DNA of 64,000 nt from NCBI GenBank assembly GCA_000091205.1, contig AP006483.2, one strand, 5' to 3'. This stretch comes from Cyanidioschyzon merolae. Taxonomy: Eukaryota. The notes under the pieces were generated by a model. That model was not told the origin of the DNA. It was given only the letters and a program-made list of their open reading frames with translations, and made no database searches. Made by a program: the position numbers and the translations under genes. Below are positions 34,498 to 45,952 of this stretch, piece by piece. How positions within the stretch are numbered: the stretch's first letter is position 1; each line of letters begins with the position of its first letter.

Positions 34498-36499
34498 TGT
34501 CGTGAACGTTGGCTGCAGGGTCGCAACAGATCTCGATCAAAGTATTCCAGATACATGTGAGCAGCTGGTAGCTCTGGTCCTTCAATTCCGAAAAGCAATT
34601 GCGTGATAGAGGGCGGCATGCCAAGAGAAGCTGGGCAAGCCATCCTCGAATGACAATTTCCACGATTCCCAATGACGTGCGGAATCTCACGTTTTGGAGT
34701 ATCATCCCGGTTCATGTATCGAAGCATGGAGTTCTTGACAACGATTTGAGACTGGTGCTTGCGCACCCGCATGTCGCCGTTAGCGTCATTCCCCGTTGTT
34801 TTTTCGAGATCAGCCTTGTCTCCGTTGTGCGATGGTTTTCTGCTCTTTTCTCGTCTCCGCCTGCTCCTCACTTACTTGGCCAGGCAGCGTGGATGTGGTC
34901 GCTGGACTCTACACCCGACCTGGTTCCTCGCGATTCAGGTAGGCTCGATGGACAGCTGGGCTGATGCGTGCCCTCTGTATATACGTATGAATCTACTATT
35001 CATCAAATACCTTTTTGTCACCGTCTCCGTCGCGAGCAAGCCCAAAGACAGATGCGCATCATGCCGCTTCCCCGCAAGCCCGAGCAGCGGAGCGAGCAAG
35101 CGAGCGAGCGGTCCAAGACTGATCAAGGCAGAGGTCGGCTTGTCGGAGAACGGCTTCCCCATGGGTTTCGTTCCCACGAATGCGAACGACTGGTCCATTG
35201 ATCAGTGAACGTCAAAATGGCGTCACATAACAGCGGAGATGCTATCGACTTGATTGAAACAGGGATAACACGCTGGCTCGAAAAGCAGCTCATCACGAAT
35301 CTCAGCGATGTACTCCACGAGCGCGTTTGTGTGATGAACAGCGACACTGTCTTACAGCGGGACTCAGACGTATAGCGAGCAGCCGCCCCAGAATGTGCAT
35401 CGATGAGCGATGTGGTGTTGAGCGACTCTATCTGTCCAGGGATGTATAGACGAAGACGCGATTGACTCGCTGCTCGGGGATGCTGATGTCGATGCGCTCA
35501 CCTGCCCCTTCTCCACGAACCGTTGTGTGCTCAGTTTTGAGTACACGGATACAGGTCTCATCTCTCTCTGAAATGGACGTCCATCGAGTGAGACGAACAC
35601 CGGCCGTCGACTGGAAAACGCATGCGCGTTTCACTACGAACTCACTCACGTGATGCTCAACAAACGACAGTCTCTCAGGGAAGCACGTCCTTCTCTTTCC
35701 GCAAACGTGTCCCTCTATCACACGTTTGAACGAACGATACGGAAACGTTCATACGCTGGCTCCTTTGGAATTATTTCATGGATAACGGATGGAGTGAAAT
35801 TGATTTACGACAGGACAGTCACGCGTATACAGTTTGGTGCGTTCTGTTTGCGATGCCCGACATTCAACCCAGGGAGTTCGAGACGGGCGCTTCATCCACC
35901 ACCTGCTGACCGTAGAATGACTAACTTGCATCCGCAAGACAATTTTTAGCATCAGCAGCAGTGACAGCATAGAGTTTTTTCTGGCCTTTCCCCAATTCAC
36001 AGGATCCATTAGTTGCGTAGCATACCGTCGAGGAAAAAACAATAACGTCATATAGGGTGTACCGGTATCCACGGACCAGCATTCACTGCTCTGAACATAA
36101 CGCTTTGGACGGGCAGCATTCGTCATGCTAGCGTCCGTCTCACCTTAGATTCCAGCGATAAGCTTTGGCGTTCGTTCCGCGGACTGGAGCCGCTTTCTTC
36201 ACCATGACACCTTTCGGTAAACGCGAACTATTCGACGGGGCCAGTTACTCCGTTCCGCTGCGATATCAGAAAAAAGCAACACGCTCTACAGCGCGCAGGA
36301 TAGTACCTGGCGTCGACAAATCAAGACCTCGAAGCACGCGCACTCGCCACGAAGAGCCAGCAACCTTGATTTATATGGACTGAACAGTACAACGGCACAG
36401 CAAAGCGTGAACGTACCTCGAGCTGTACCCGATGAAGACTACTGCCTAACCGTACGAACCTCTGTAGTTTTTCCGTCGCCGCGCTGCGCTCTAACGAAA

Positions 36500-37060
36500 G
36501 CACCTGTGGACGCGTTTACACTCATTCAGCGTATGAGGTTCCAGAAGCACCGAACACAAACCCCAAATAAGCACCCCTGGCTAGCTCCGCATACTTCTGC
36601 GCTATTCCCGTGCGTACACTGCGCTTTGGGAAGCACCGGTGGACGCGTTTACACTCATCCAGCGTATGGGGTTCCAGAAGCACCGCACTCAAAACCAAAA
36701 ATAAGCACCCCTGGCTAGCTCCGCATCCTTCTGCGCTATTCCCGTGCGTACACTGCGTTTAGAGAAGCACCGGTGGACGCGTTTACACTCATCCAGCGTA
36801 TGGGGTTCCAGAAGCACCGAACACAAAACCAAAAATAAGCACCCCTGCCTAGCTCCGCATACTTCTGCGCTATTCTCGTATGTATACTGCGCTTTGGGAA
36901 GCACCGGTGGACGCGTTTACACTCATCCAGCGTATGGGGTTCCAGAAGCACCGAACACAAAACCAAAAATAAGCAACCCTGGCTAGCTCCGCATCCTTCT
37001 GCGCTATTCCCGTGCGTACACTGCGTTTAGAGAAGCACCGGTGGACGCGTTTACACTCAT
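36500..37060. repeat. 134-bp tandem repeat, about 4.2 units
   Basis: The core gcaccggtggacgcgtttacactcatccagcgtatggggttccagaagcaccgaacacaaaaccaaaaataagcacccctggctagctccgcat[a/c]cttctgcgctattcccgtgcgtacactgcg recurs at about 36508, 36641, 36775, 36909, 37043. It gives repeat-derived shadow ORFs on both strands. Confidence 0.9.
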
Positions 37061-37207
37061 GATCGTGCCCGACCCCAGCGACGACGACGGCAGCGGGTAC
37101 GCGCTGGGGGCGCACAGCGAGTCGACAGCGCCGCACCGCAGCACTCTGTAGCAGACGCGCTACCGTCTCGAGCAGCGTAACGTCGTCGCACGAGTGCCCC
37201 AACCGGT

Positions 37208-38230
37208 GTGCAGTGTTTTGTGGACGACAACCCGTCTTATACCCTTCGCCGTAACTGGGCTCATGAACTCATGTTTATTGGTCCTATAGGTGCACTAGGT
37301 TCAAACCGGGGCTCGCCTAGAGCAGCAAGCACCCGTCCTAAGCCGTCTGCAGCTGCAGGAAGCCGCTGTCGTTACTGCCGGCACCTGAGGACGGCGAGTG
37401 CCAACCAGCGCTTTTGGCAACAAGAGTACTCGGGGACCGGTCCGGGGGTGACAAGACGCTCGTCTGCTGCGCTACGACGCAGGTGTCGTGGAACACGCTG
37501 GACGCTTGCAGCACCGACGCCTGCACGACGGCCTGGTGAGCGGTTTGGACGTCTCCACTTTCTGGGGCGACAAGCGTTGCTGGGGACGTGTCGGCCTCTA
37601 ATAGAGGCACCTGCTCATAACTGTCGACGAATTGCTGCTGCAGTGCAGATTAGTGCACCGATTGCTGTTCTATGGAAGGTACTGACAGACTATAATCACT
37701 TGGCGGAGTTTATTCCGAACCTTGCTGTGTCCCGTACGTGCCCGCATCCGAGCGGCGGAATTCGGCTGCAGCAGGAAGGTATCCAGAACGTTTTTGGGTT
37801 CCGTTTTCGCGCCGCAGTGCTCATGGACATGAGTGAGGTGGTAGGCAACCCAGACGAGGTGCCGCAGCGACGGAGTATCTATTTTGACATGGTTCAAAGT
37901 CGGGACTTTAGTCGCTTCGAGGGTGAATGGTATCTCGAGGAAATAAGAGAAACCGCAGACGATGCTGGGAGCGTATCACCAGCAGAGGAGGATCGTGCAG
38001 CTGCCGAGGGCGGTGACGCTACACATCCTGTACCCAGTACGATCCTAGGCTACGTGGTTGAGATCGTACCCCGTCATATGGTTCCCGTGCGATTGGTAGA
38101 ATGGCGCATTCGGGAGGATCTCGTACCGAATCTACTCGCTGTGAAGCGCGAAGCTGAAAGAAGATATCTTGAAGCGTACCGATCGGAAGCGATGCTGCAA
38201 GCGCAGCGAGAATCACCACCTTCGGGCTGA
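37208..38230 (+). CDS. SRPBCC superfamily 'polyketide cyclase/dehydrase'-like protein (plant/algal plastid type) with Arg/Ser-rich N-terminus
   Basis: 340 aa. The central region ISAPIAVLWKVLTDYNHLAEFIPNLAVSRTCPHPSGGIRLQQEG...FRAAVLMDM...RDFSRFEGEWYLEEI has the Bet v1-like/Polyketide_cyc pattern (VW.VLTDYE.L..FIP.L..S). The N-terminal 120 aa is low complexity and the start is uncertain. Confidence 0.5.
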   Translation: MQCFVDDNPSYTLRRNWAHELMFIGPIGALGSNRGSPRAASTRPKPSAAAGSRCRYCRHLRTASANQRFWQQEYSGTGPGVTRRSSAALRRRCRGTRWTLAAPTPARRPGERFGRLHFLGRQALLGTCRPLIEAPAHNCRRIAAAVQISAPIAVLWKVLTDYNHLAEFIPNLAVSRTCPHPSGGIRLQQEGIQNVFGFRFRAAVLMDMSEVVGNPDEVPQRRSIYFDMVQSRDFSRFEGEWYLEEIRETADDAGSVSPAEEDRAAAEGGDATHPVPSTILGYVVEIVPRHMVPVRLVEWRIREDLVPNLLAVKREAERRYLEAYRSEAMLQAQRESPPSG

Positions 38231-39273
38231 ACGACTGCGGTTTTTGTCGGGCGTGGGTGCATACTGAGCTAGTGCGCAGGACAGCGTGCCGGCATGACGC
38301 TGCTTCCAAACTCGACGCTTGTCTCGTATAGTCGAAGATGCTGATCCGAACACTGGGCGTCCTATGGCTCCAATACGGGAACCAGATCGATTCGAATGCA
38401 CACGAAGGTGCTGCTGTGTGCACCAGAAGTTTCCCTCCTGCCAGCATGGGAAACGAGGATATGCTATTTAGCCTGATCATCGCGCAGAAGACATGCAGGG
38501 AGCATCACGCTCGACCGCAGATACCCAACTCCTACAGACAGACCGAACCAGGAAACAGTATGTGATTGCTGCTTCTTGGCACATGCAAGCGACGATGAGC
38601 ACGATAGCGCGACACGGGTCTTGGATTCTTTGGCACAGTGTGTGTCTCGCCAAGCTGTGTATCAGGCATTGGCAAAGCAGCAGTCACGCCAAAACCTGTG
38701 TCCCGAGTCACACTCTTGCGGCAGGTCGTGCTCGCGTAAACGGTTTCAGCTCTAACACGTTTCCGAAGTTGGAATCGTGGCAGATACGCATACTTGCAAA
38801 AACTTTCATCCATTGCGTCGCGCCTTGGTAAAGTAACGTAGCGTTGCTTTCGGTCCGAAAAAGCGCCGAGACGATGCCGTCGTCAAGACTCATACATCAT
38901 TCCAGAATATGATGCAGCGAGCGTGACTTGCCTCATTGCGCTGTGGATGGGTCATCAGTTAGCGCTGATCCACGTTCGGATGGAACCTAGAGAGGGCGCG
39001 TCGCGAGCGCAGCGCAGCCTGGGCGCCAGAGCCGCTGTCCAACACAAGGAGCGTGCAGCCTCGCTTGTATTGTCTCCTGAGAGATCTGCGATATGCGCAG
39101 CTCGCACGGCTCAACGATACAAGGCGCAAATATTAAGAGGAAAGAGCGAGCAGGTACAAAGCCCGTATCCGACAGCTACGGATTGTAGAGCGAAAAGATG
39201 GGATTCAAAAGGAAATTAAAAAAGAGAGATGTGTCGTTATAGAAAATATTCCGCAACCACGCCTCCATGCCTA

Positions 39274-40327
39274 TACGCGGGAATAGCGAATCGCGGAATA
39301 TCAGTATCGTTCCTGCAACCATTGCCCAGCAAATCCTTCCCAGTGTACCAGTACGGCGCTGTCGCCTTGGTGCAATGCTGAACACCACCGTACCCGTGCC
39401 AGGCTCCAGGCGGAAATCCAATGCCGTCTATCCCGGGGTACGGATTCATTGGCATCGAAAGCCTTGCGCATCCCAGCACAATGCCAATAACGTGTACCAA
39501 ACAATCACTTTAGACGCCCGCTCGAGACACAGCCGCTGGACGCCCCGAATGCCCCAGACTCTTCTTCCGAATGGTGATCGAGGTGTCCAGGTCTCGGTTC
39601 AGAGCGAAAACACTGGCCGGCACGGCGGCTACTGGCATCACACCCTAGCAAGCATCTCACCAGGTCGAGTCCGTCGGTACATGACACTCGATCAGCTTAC
39701 CGTACACCACAGAGTGTACCGGGCTCCGTTCTATCCGCATCTTGTCAGCCTGATTCAACGAGCACTCATGCTCGTAATGCAGGTATGTCGCCCTGGAGGC
39801 ATCCACGGGGGTCTAACAAGAATCAGTCGCTGCACTTATCGTCCGTTCTCGTCCACGGGACGCGAATGGAGGCCACGCGCACTGCAACCCGTGCACCGTC
39901 ACAGGCTACCACTCACAGAGGCGTCTTGCTAGTCATTTGGCTTCGTGCCGCTCACGGAATAAGTTCGTGAATGCACGCTCCTCGCTGCCGTACACGAGAC
40001 GCAGTCTAGGACTCCAGCACTCTATCATGTACGCCTGTCCAGGGATCGTCCGCAGGAGCCTGCGGGACGCTGACGCACGCGCTGAAGCGCGGAATCCCTC
40101 GCATCAGTCTTCGTGTTTTTCGGTGGCATTCCGGTGAGCGGACAGCGCCTACATCAGGCGCGCTCCACACGGACTCGGTTACTCTTCTGGGTTTCGACTC
40201 TCGTTAGAAACGCTTTGGAGCTTGCCTCGAGTGTGCTGCAATCATTAGCATCGCAACTCGACGCGCCACTGTATTCGGGATCAGCTGGGCAACGTCGTTC
40301 GACGTGTTGCCAGCGTACTGCATCGCT
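39274..40327. repeat. Direct repeat copy 2 (about 1.05 kb)
   Basis: See copy 1. There is a purine-rich stretch (aaaaggaaattaaaaaagagagatg) about 50 bp upstream. Confidence 0.85.
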
Positions 40328-41550
40328 GTTGGAGGCGTTATTCGGTCAGCATTGACCGAAGCACTCGAGTATCGTTTCAATTCAGTCCACGCCTGTGTCG
40401 GGATAGAAAGGAGCGCTTCCTCGAACATGAGCAGGCGCTCTGAATATTGCGTCGTTTTCTAATGTCATCAATACCTGGCTCTGAGTTTTTTGACTGCGAC
40501 TGCATCCTTTTCATCAACCGCGGTTGCCAGCAAGCGAGCGATACTACTGGCACTGTTATAGACGCGATTCGCTGCTTCCGGTTTTTCCCAACACATGCCA
40601 TGCACAGACAGATGATTCGATACGTGTGCTGCCTTTTATATCTATTTTGTTGTGCGTTTACACCCTCAGTGCCGCCTTCGCAGCGGTGACACATGACTAT
40701 GGGAATGCGTCCCTTGTGTCCGTCATACTATCTCCTTCGAGAACTGAACTGCGGCGCGTGAAGGCATGCTGTATTGTTCAGCACATGCTCGTGACGGCTA
40801 TCGAAATCGCTCCTGAGCGCTGTCCACGGTTTGCGCACCCTGTGCCGTACGCCATGATCACGACTTGCTCTGAGCGATGCGTCGTCAACGAGTCTGCTCA
40901 CTGCATCAACAAGCGCACTGCATCGCATTGGATAGAGCGTTTAGGGTATGCGACGTGCTCCACGATGAAATACGTACCGAAAGGAACAACCAGGCCGGAG
41001 CGACTCGAGAATTTTCGATCCATAGGCATGAGACTGGGAACCTCTCATCCACGGACGACGTCAACTAGAATGCCTCGTCGATTCAAAAAGTTCGATTTCC
41101 TGTGCCAACGAATTGCCTCGAAGCACAACATCGAAAATCTGAAAAATGCTGCATTCCAATATGCTGCACGCGAGAAGAGGTGAACACGCACGGGAGGCTT
41201 GTATGGATGCGCTTCTTCACAGTATCGGATTTTTTTCCAACGCTTGTTCCAGGGGGGTGCGAATCCTCTTGACGCTGGTGACGACACGAATTCCAGTGCA
41301 AGAACATCGAAACAGCCACTCCCAAGAGACAACCGAGCATCCCAAAACGATCGTTGAGTCCATAGGCCGGTAGTGCTGCACGTCGAATGTCGAGACTGTC
41401 CATCTAAAACACAACTGTAAACTTATGAACAAGATAGCACAGACCGCGTCATTCAGTGTCGCACTCGAATCCGACGTGTACGCAGTGGAGCAACGGACGC
41501 CATGCTACCGGTCGAGTCGATATCGAGACTCCGCACGTCCACGATGCACA

Positions 41551-44298
41551 TCATTCCAGAGGTGTTGCTCGTGGATCTCCAGTTTCATCAAGCTCCTCGG
41601 CACTGGTCCCAGGAACCCAGCGCGGAAACACTCGCTTGTACAAGCTCATGCAAACCGTATCACTGTGCAGGATCATTCCATCAAACGAGGCTTTCAGCGC
41701 TCCATGCGTACCGAGCGATTCCTCGATGCGTCCCAGACGACCGTGTTTTGTCCACAACGGTACGTGCCGGTAGTATTTCACATCTTCGGGATTAAAGAAC
41801 ATGTAGCGCACTGTTGCACGATTCTTGTGGGCGCGGTACGGTACCCCTGTGAGCACGATCCGTTTCAGCACAATCCGTTCGGGATTCGCACCCAGCACAG
41901 AGCCCCGAGCAACCAAGGCCGGCAGAACTGGAGTAGTGGCGGCAGTGCCTGCTGGACCAGTGCCGTGTGATGGGCGCGTCACCAGCACTGGTGCTGGCGG
42001 GAACGTCACCGGTGCGTAGAGCGAGGCTACGCTCCAGCGACCGGGCAATAGATAGCGTTCATAGCGATGCTTGTCGCATTTGGAATCAGCCTCGGAGAAT
42101 ATAGGACGAGCGAGAAGTCGGCGAAAGCCAATGTGGAAGCAAAGCAGCTGTCCAGCATGCACGAGTCCATTGTCTGGACAGGCCAACGCCGGGCTTTCGT
42201 TGTCTTCGGTGCTGGTCAAGTTGGTCATGACGTGATAGCGCTGTACCAGGCACTGCAGCACCGTGGGACGTTCTTCGTACGAAAGCAGGCACGACGCAAC
42301 CAGAGGGCCAGGCCAGCTCTCTAAGCGGCGCGCCTTCGGCTCGGCAATAGCATCCAGTACGAACGCGACAAAGCAGTGTGATTGCACGACTCCGTGGCAG
42401 GTTGCGTCCCGCGCTCGCTGGAACGCCTCGCGCGTCGCTCGTTGGAAGTGCTCGAACTGCACAATGCGTGCATACGCTGGCGGTAGACCAACGCTCGGAT
42501 CCCAGGGTGTTTTCCGAAACGAAGGCAACGGTCGATAGTTTGCGTACCGTTCCCGAACAGGGCAATCGGTGGGTGTATCGACCTCATCCGGAAAGAGGAG
42601 CTCGTCGCGTTCGACCTGCTGGGTATCGATCGCATCGAGCGAAGGTGTCTCCTCTGAAGACGTTTCCGCCTTTTCGGATGCAAGAGGCTCACGAGTCGCG
42701 CGTTGCCTGGAATGCGGAGCACTCGACGCATCGCTTGCAGTCCCTATGTCTGAAGCGTCATCGGATACCGAGTCGTCGTCGTCGTCGTCGTCATCGCTCG
42801 CAAGAGATGCGCTCCTGCTACCTGAGCCCATGCACGAATCCTCTGCTGCTTCCATTGGGGGTTTATCGTGCACCACAGCGACATTCTTTGTTGACGGTTC
42901 CAGAGGTACACCAGCCGCCGGTACACGGCCGTTCTGAGAAGGCATCTGGGAACGCTCGCTGGTTTCGAGCCATGCCGACTCGCACCTAAACGTTCCGGTT
43001 ATCGTTTCTACACGATTTTGGATATGAATGGCGCATCTTACCCGTGGGGGTTCGGTCTGCGACACGCTCCCTTGCCGGCACTGCATACCGGATAGAACGG
43101 CCGCCTCCATGGGGGATGACGATCCAAATGCCAGGCGCTCTGGAGCGTCATCTCCAAACGCAGGGAGTCCAGCAGCATCGGTTCCATCGGGAATGCGGAC
43201 TACAGGGTCCAAGCCTCCATTCCCAGCTGTTGGAAACGCAAATTTCGCACCATCAGATATGTCCATGGACGCGGGGTGATCAGTATACCCCCTGGGTGCC
43301 ATGTGTCGCGCATATGGCGCCTCGGCCCGCTCTAGACCCGCTACCACAAACGTGCCTACCCCAGTGATATGCAGTTGTTGGTGGACGCTGGCAGCGGCAC
43401 CCCGCAGCCATCCATAGAGCCGCACTCGACGACACGGTGCAGTCGGTGCCCGCTCACTGACGACACGTTCCACCAGGAGATACGAACGACTCGCTCGCCA
43501 GCGAATGGCTCGACGTTTGCCATATTCGAGCTGTCGTCGCGAATGCTCGACCTCGTCTGGATGACTTAGTACTCGAATGCGCACAGGTTCCTCTTTGGCA
43601 TCCAGAATCGACAGAGCGGCGAGACGTTGGTGACACTCGGCTAACCAGGTGGAGCTATCGGCAGCATGGGCAGAGCTCGCGTGCGCTCGGCCCCTGAATG
43701 GATGCTCGGAAACACCGGGGTGCTCTGCATCACATCGGTCAGCGTCCATCAGAGACTCGAGGGTGTTGGTGGCTCGTGGAAGCGCCACAGCGACGAAACT
43801 CAGGAGGCCTTGCGCTTGGATCGCCGCCAACCAGGAGTCGGCGACATCGTGCAGTCCCTCACCCTCGCCGTACACCAAGAGACCCAGATCAGCAACCTTG
43901 GCGGCGTCAAGCACCGCTTCAAGAGGAGCTTCAGCATCAAGGCATATCCACTGATGTACTAGACTGACTTGACGGGCGCGTCTGCGGGCCACTGTGTACC
44001 GCAGTCGATACCAGGGCGCAGTAGCGGGTTCGCCGCACTCCGTTGCCGTTGCCAGTGCCGTTGACTCCAACTGTTCGCCGGTCCGGCCACAGATTTCGGT
44101 ATATCCCCATTGCTTAAAGCAGTACGTCAGTGCCGGTGCGAGGCGTTGTGAAGAAGTGAGGCCCAAGACCACGATCAAAGTGGGGCTCGCGCCACTCGCC
44201 TCAGGACTTGTTGATACAGGTCGCTTGTTCGCACGCCGCTGTTTCCGTGCCAGGACCCTTTGGTGGACAACTGATCGCTGTCTTTTCCTCCCGGCCAT
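41551..44298 (-). CDS. TSR1: Ribosome biogenesis protein Tsr1 (Bms1/Tsr1 family, no P-loop)
   Basis: 915 aa. The C-terminal block VRYMFFNPEDVKYYRHVPLWTKHGRLGRIEESLGTHGALKASFDGMILHSDTVCMSLYKRVFPRWV matches the Bms1/Tsr1 C-terminal domain. The N-terminal GTPase-like fold lacks GKS/T (TLIVVLGLTSSQRL), which is typical of Tsr1. There is a basic N-terminus and an acidic DDDDDDDDS stretch. Confidence 0.7.
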   Translation of the reverse strand: MAGRKRQRSVVHQRVLARKQRRANKRPVSTSPEASGASPTLIVVLGLTSSQRLAPALTYCFKQWGYTEICGRTGEQLESTALATATECGEPATAPWYRLRYTVARRRARQVSLVHQWICLDAEAPLEAVLDAAKVADLGLLVYGEGEGLHDVADSWLAAIQAQGLLSFVAVALPRATNTLESLMDADRCDAEHPGVSEHPFRGRAHASSAHAADSSTWLAECHQRLAALSILDAKEEPVRIRVLSHPDEVEHSRRQLEYGKRRAIRWRASRSYLLVERVVSERAPTAPCRRVRLYGWLRGAAASVHQQLHITGVGTFVVAGLERAEAPYARHMAPRGYTDHPASMDISDGAKFAFPTAGNGGLDPVVRIPDGTDAAGLPAFGDDAPERLAFGSSSPMEAAVLSGMQCRQGSVSQTEPPRVRCAIHIQNRVETITGTFRCESAWLETSERSQMPSQNGRVPAAGVPLEPSTKNVAVVHDKPPMEAAEDSCMGSGSRSASLASDDDDDDDDSVSDDASDIGTASDASSAPHSRQRATREPLASEKAETSSEETPSLDAIDTQQVERDELLFPDEVDTPTDCPVRERYANYRPLPSFRKTPWDPSVGLPPAYARIVQFEHFQRATREAFQRARDATCHGVVQSHCFVAFVLDAIAEPKARRLESWPGPLVASCLLSYEERPTVLQCLVQRYHVMTNLTSTEDNESPALACPDNGLVHAGQLLCFHIGFRRLLARPIFSEADSKCDKHRYERYLLPGRWSVASLYAPVTFPPAPVLVTRPSHGTGPAGTAATTPVLPALVARGSVLGANPERIVLKRIVLTGVPYRAHKNRATVRYMFFNPEDVKYYRHVPLWTKHGRLGRIEESLGTHGALKASFDGMILHSDTVCMSLYKRVFPRWVPGTSAEELDETGDPRATPLE

Positions 44299-44497
44299 GA
44301 ACTTAGTAAACTGCTATGATGCAGGCACTCAAAGCGTTCTAGGAACAAAGCGGTTGCGACAAACGTCTGAGCACGAGAGTCGACGTCCGCGTCGCAGTAC
44401 GCGCCGCAGACTGCTCCGCAGCGGCGACGTCCTCTGACTGCTTTTGTTACGCTGTTGACTGGAGTGCTGCTCGCGCTCGGTGTGAAGCACCTGAACG

Positions 44498-44610
44498 GAC
44501 GGACAGACAGACAGATAGATAGAGAGGCAGAGAGGCAGACAGACAGACAGACAGAGAGGCAGAGAGGCAGACAGACAGACAGAGAGATAGATAGAGAGGC
44601 AGAGAGAGGT
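44498..44610. repeat. (CAGA)n/(GAGAGGCA)n compound microsatellite
   Basis: gacagacagacagatagatagagaggcagagaggcagacagacagacagacagagaggcagagaggcagacagacagacagagagatagatagagaggcagagagagg. Confidence 0.9.
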
Positions 44611-45355
44611 TTGGTGTTCGCTTTCGTCGCAGAACAAGGGGTTACTGGAGAAGCTGGTGGATGCAGAAGGAGTAGCGCACACGCCTGAGCAGCGACTGGT
44701 GTAGAGAGCGTCCACGGTACGATCGCGCTAGTGCAAGCGAGTTGCAGAGCGACAGAACAGTAGAGAAGCAGTGCACGGGGTTTCGTTCCACACTTGTGTG
44801 AGTCACTGCTGAGATCGCGTTTCAGTTATATATAAGTCGTTGTAGGAACATCACCGGAAGTTTCAACGGTCTCCGAGCGGACTGCAGACGTTTCGCCGTA
44901 CACACGGCAGCGGCTGAGCGCTGTTCCCGAGCAGTGCGCGCTCGAGGTGCTCTCCTTGTGCTCGCGAAGGACGCTGATCTACTTCAGCTGCCACTGGGAA
45001 CACTCGGAAGGTCGTTCGGTACTCGAGGCGGGAAACGTTGTGACTCGTGAGCATCGAACGGAGTCTGGTCGGCGTCGTTGCAGCGAGCCTTCAGCACACG
45101 ACTCTTGTACGTAGGTAGCGGACGGGAGTTTCTCGGGGTGCGTTCATCCTCTCGGACACGCTGCCAACTGGCCTCCCAAGACTCATCTTTGGTTTGTTGG
45201 CGCTTCCGGGACCTAGCAGCAATTAGGAACGGCTTGTTCTTTGCTGCTGTCGCCGTTGTCGTTGCGCTCCTGGGGAAGACGCCGCTGAACGGTGTACTGT
45301 GCCGGCCCGCAAGACAACTTGCTGCTGCGTGAACACAATCCTTCTATAATAAATT

Positions 45356-45952
45356 ATGAACGGAACGGAACTACGAGAGACACTGGAGGATCTGATCAAA
45401 GAGGTGGTGCAAGCATCGCGGGAAGCGTTGGATACCCAGGGAGAGCTGAATGAGCGCAATGAAGCAGCCTTGCGCACGCTAGAGGCGCAGTGGAGGCAGC
45501 GCCTCATCGAAGAGCTGCACGAACAAGGCTCCTTACGAGTGGTACTCTGCAGGACGGATCTACTGGTACCGGGTTCTGGAGCAACTGGCACGACTACCAC
45601 GAATAGAACGGATCCGCTTCGTTACGTGTATGAAACTTTACGTCAAAGGGATCCCCGTGAGCGTCGACGGAGCTTACCGCCCGAACGTTCATCCCAGTCT
45701 TCAGAACTTGAGGATACCGGTACAGACTCAGGGGAAGCGCTTTCCTCTGGTGACGATGATGACGAGATATCCCAAGTTGCCGGCCAGCCAGAACCGGAAA
45801 CTGCGAATTACGTGCTTTCTCAGTACGAACGGGTTTTGGCACCTTCTACAAACAAGCAACGAATCTGGCGAGTCTTCCTTCGTGACGCTATGGTACACAT
45901 CAATGGCCAAGACCTTCTACTGAACCAACTTCAGTGTCAGTTCGACTGGTAG
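45356..45952 (+). CDS. Hypothetical acidic/Ser-rich protein (no recognisable domain)
   Basis: 198-aa ORF in an otherwise gene-free stretch. Coiled-coil-like N-terminus and a DDDDE tract. Called only from ORF length and codon usage. Confidence 0.2.
   Translation: MNGTELRETLEDLIKEVVQASREALDTQGELNERNEAALRTLEAQWRQRLIEELHEQGSLRVVLCRTDLLVPGSGATGTTTTNRTDPLRYVYETLRQRDPRERRRSLPPERSSQSSELEDTGTDSGEALSSGDDDDEISQVAGQPEPETANYVLSQYERVLAPSTNKQRIWRVFLRDAMVHINGQDLLLNQLQCQFDW

Noticed and set aside
37261-37330. Possible tRNA (…aggttcaaaccgggg…)
   Set aside because: The T-stem halves are not complementary and no acceptor/anticodon arms can be folded. It lies inside the SRPBCC ORF 5' region.
34497-39274. Autonomous LTR retrotransposon between the direct repeats
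   Set aside because: The interior has no gag, protease, RT, RNase H or integrase-like ORF in any frame. It holds only a tandem array and a host-like SRPBCC gene.
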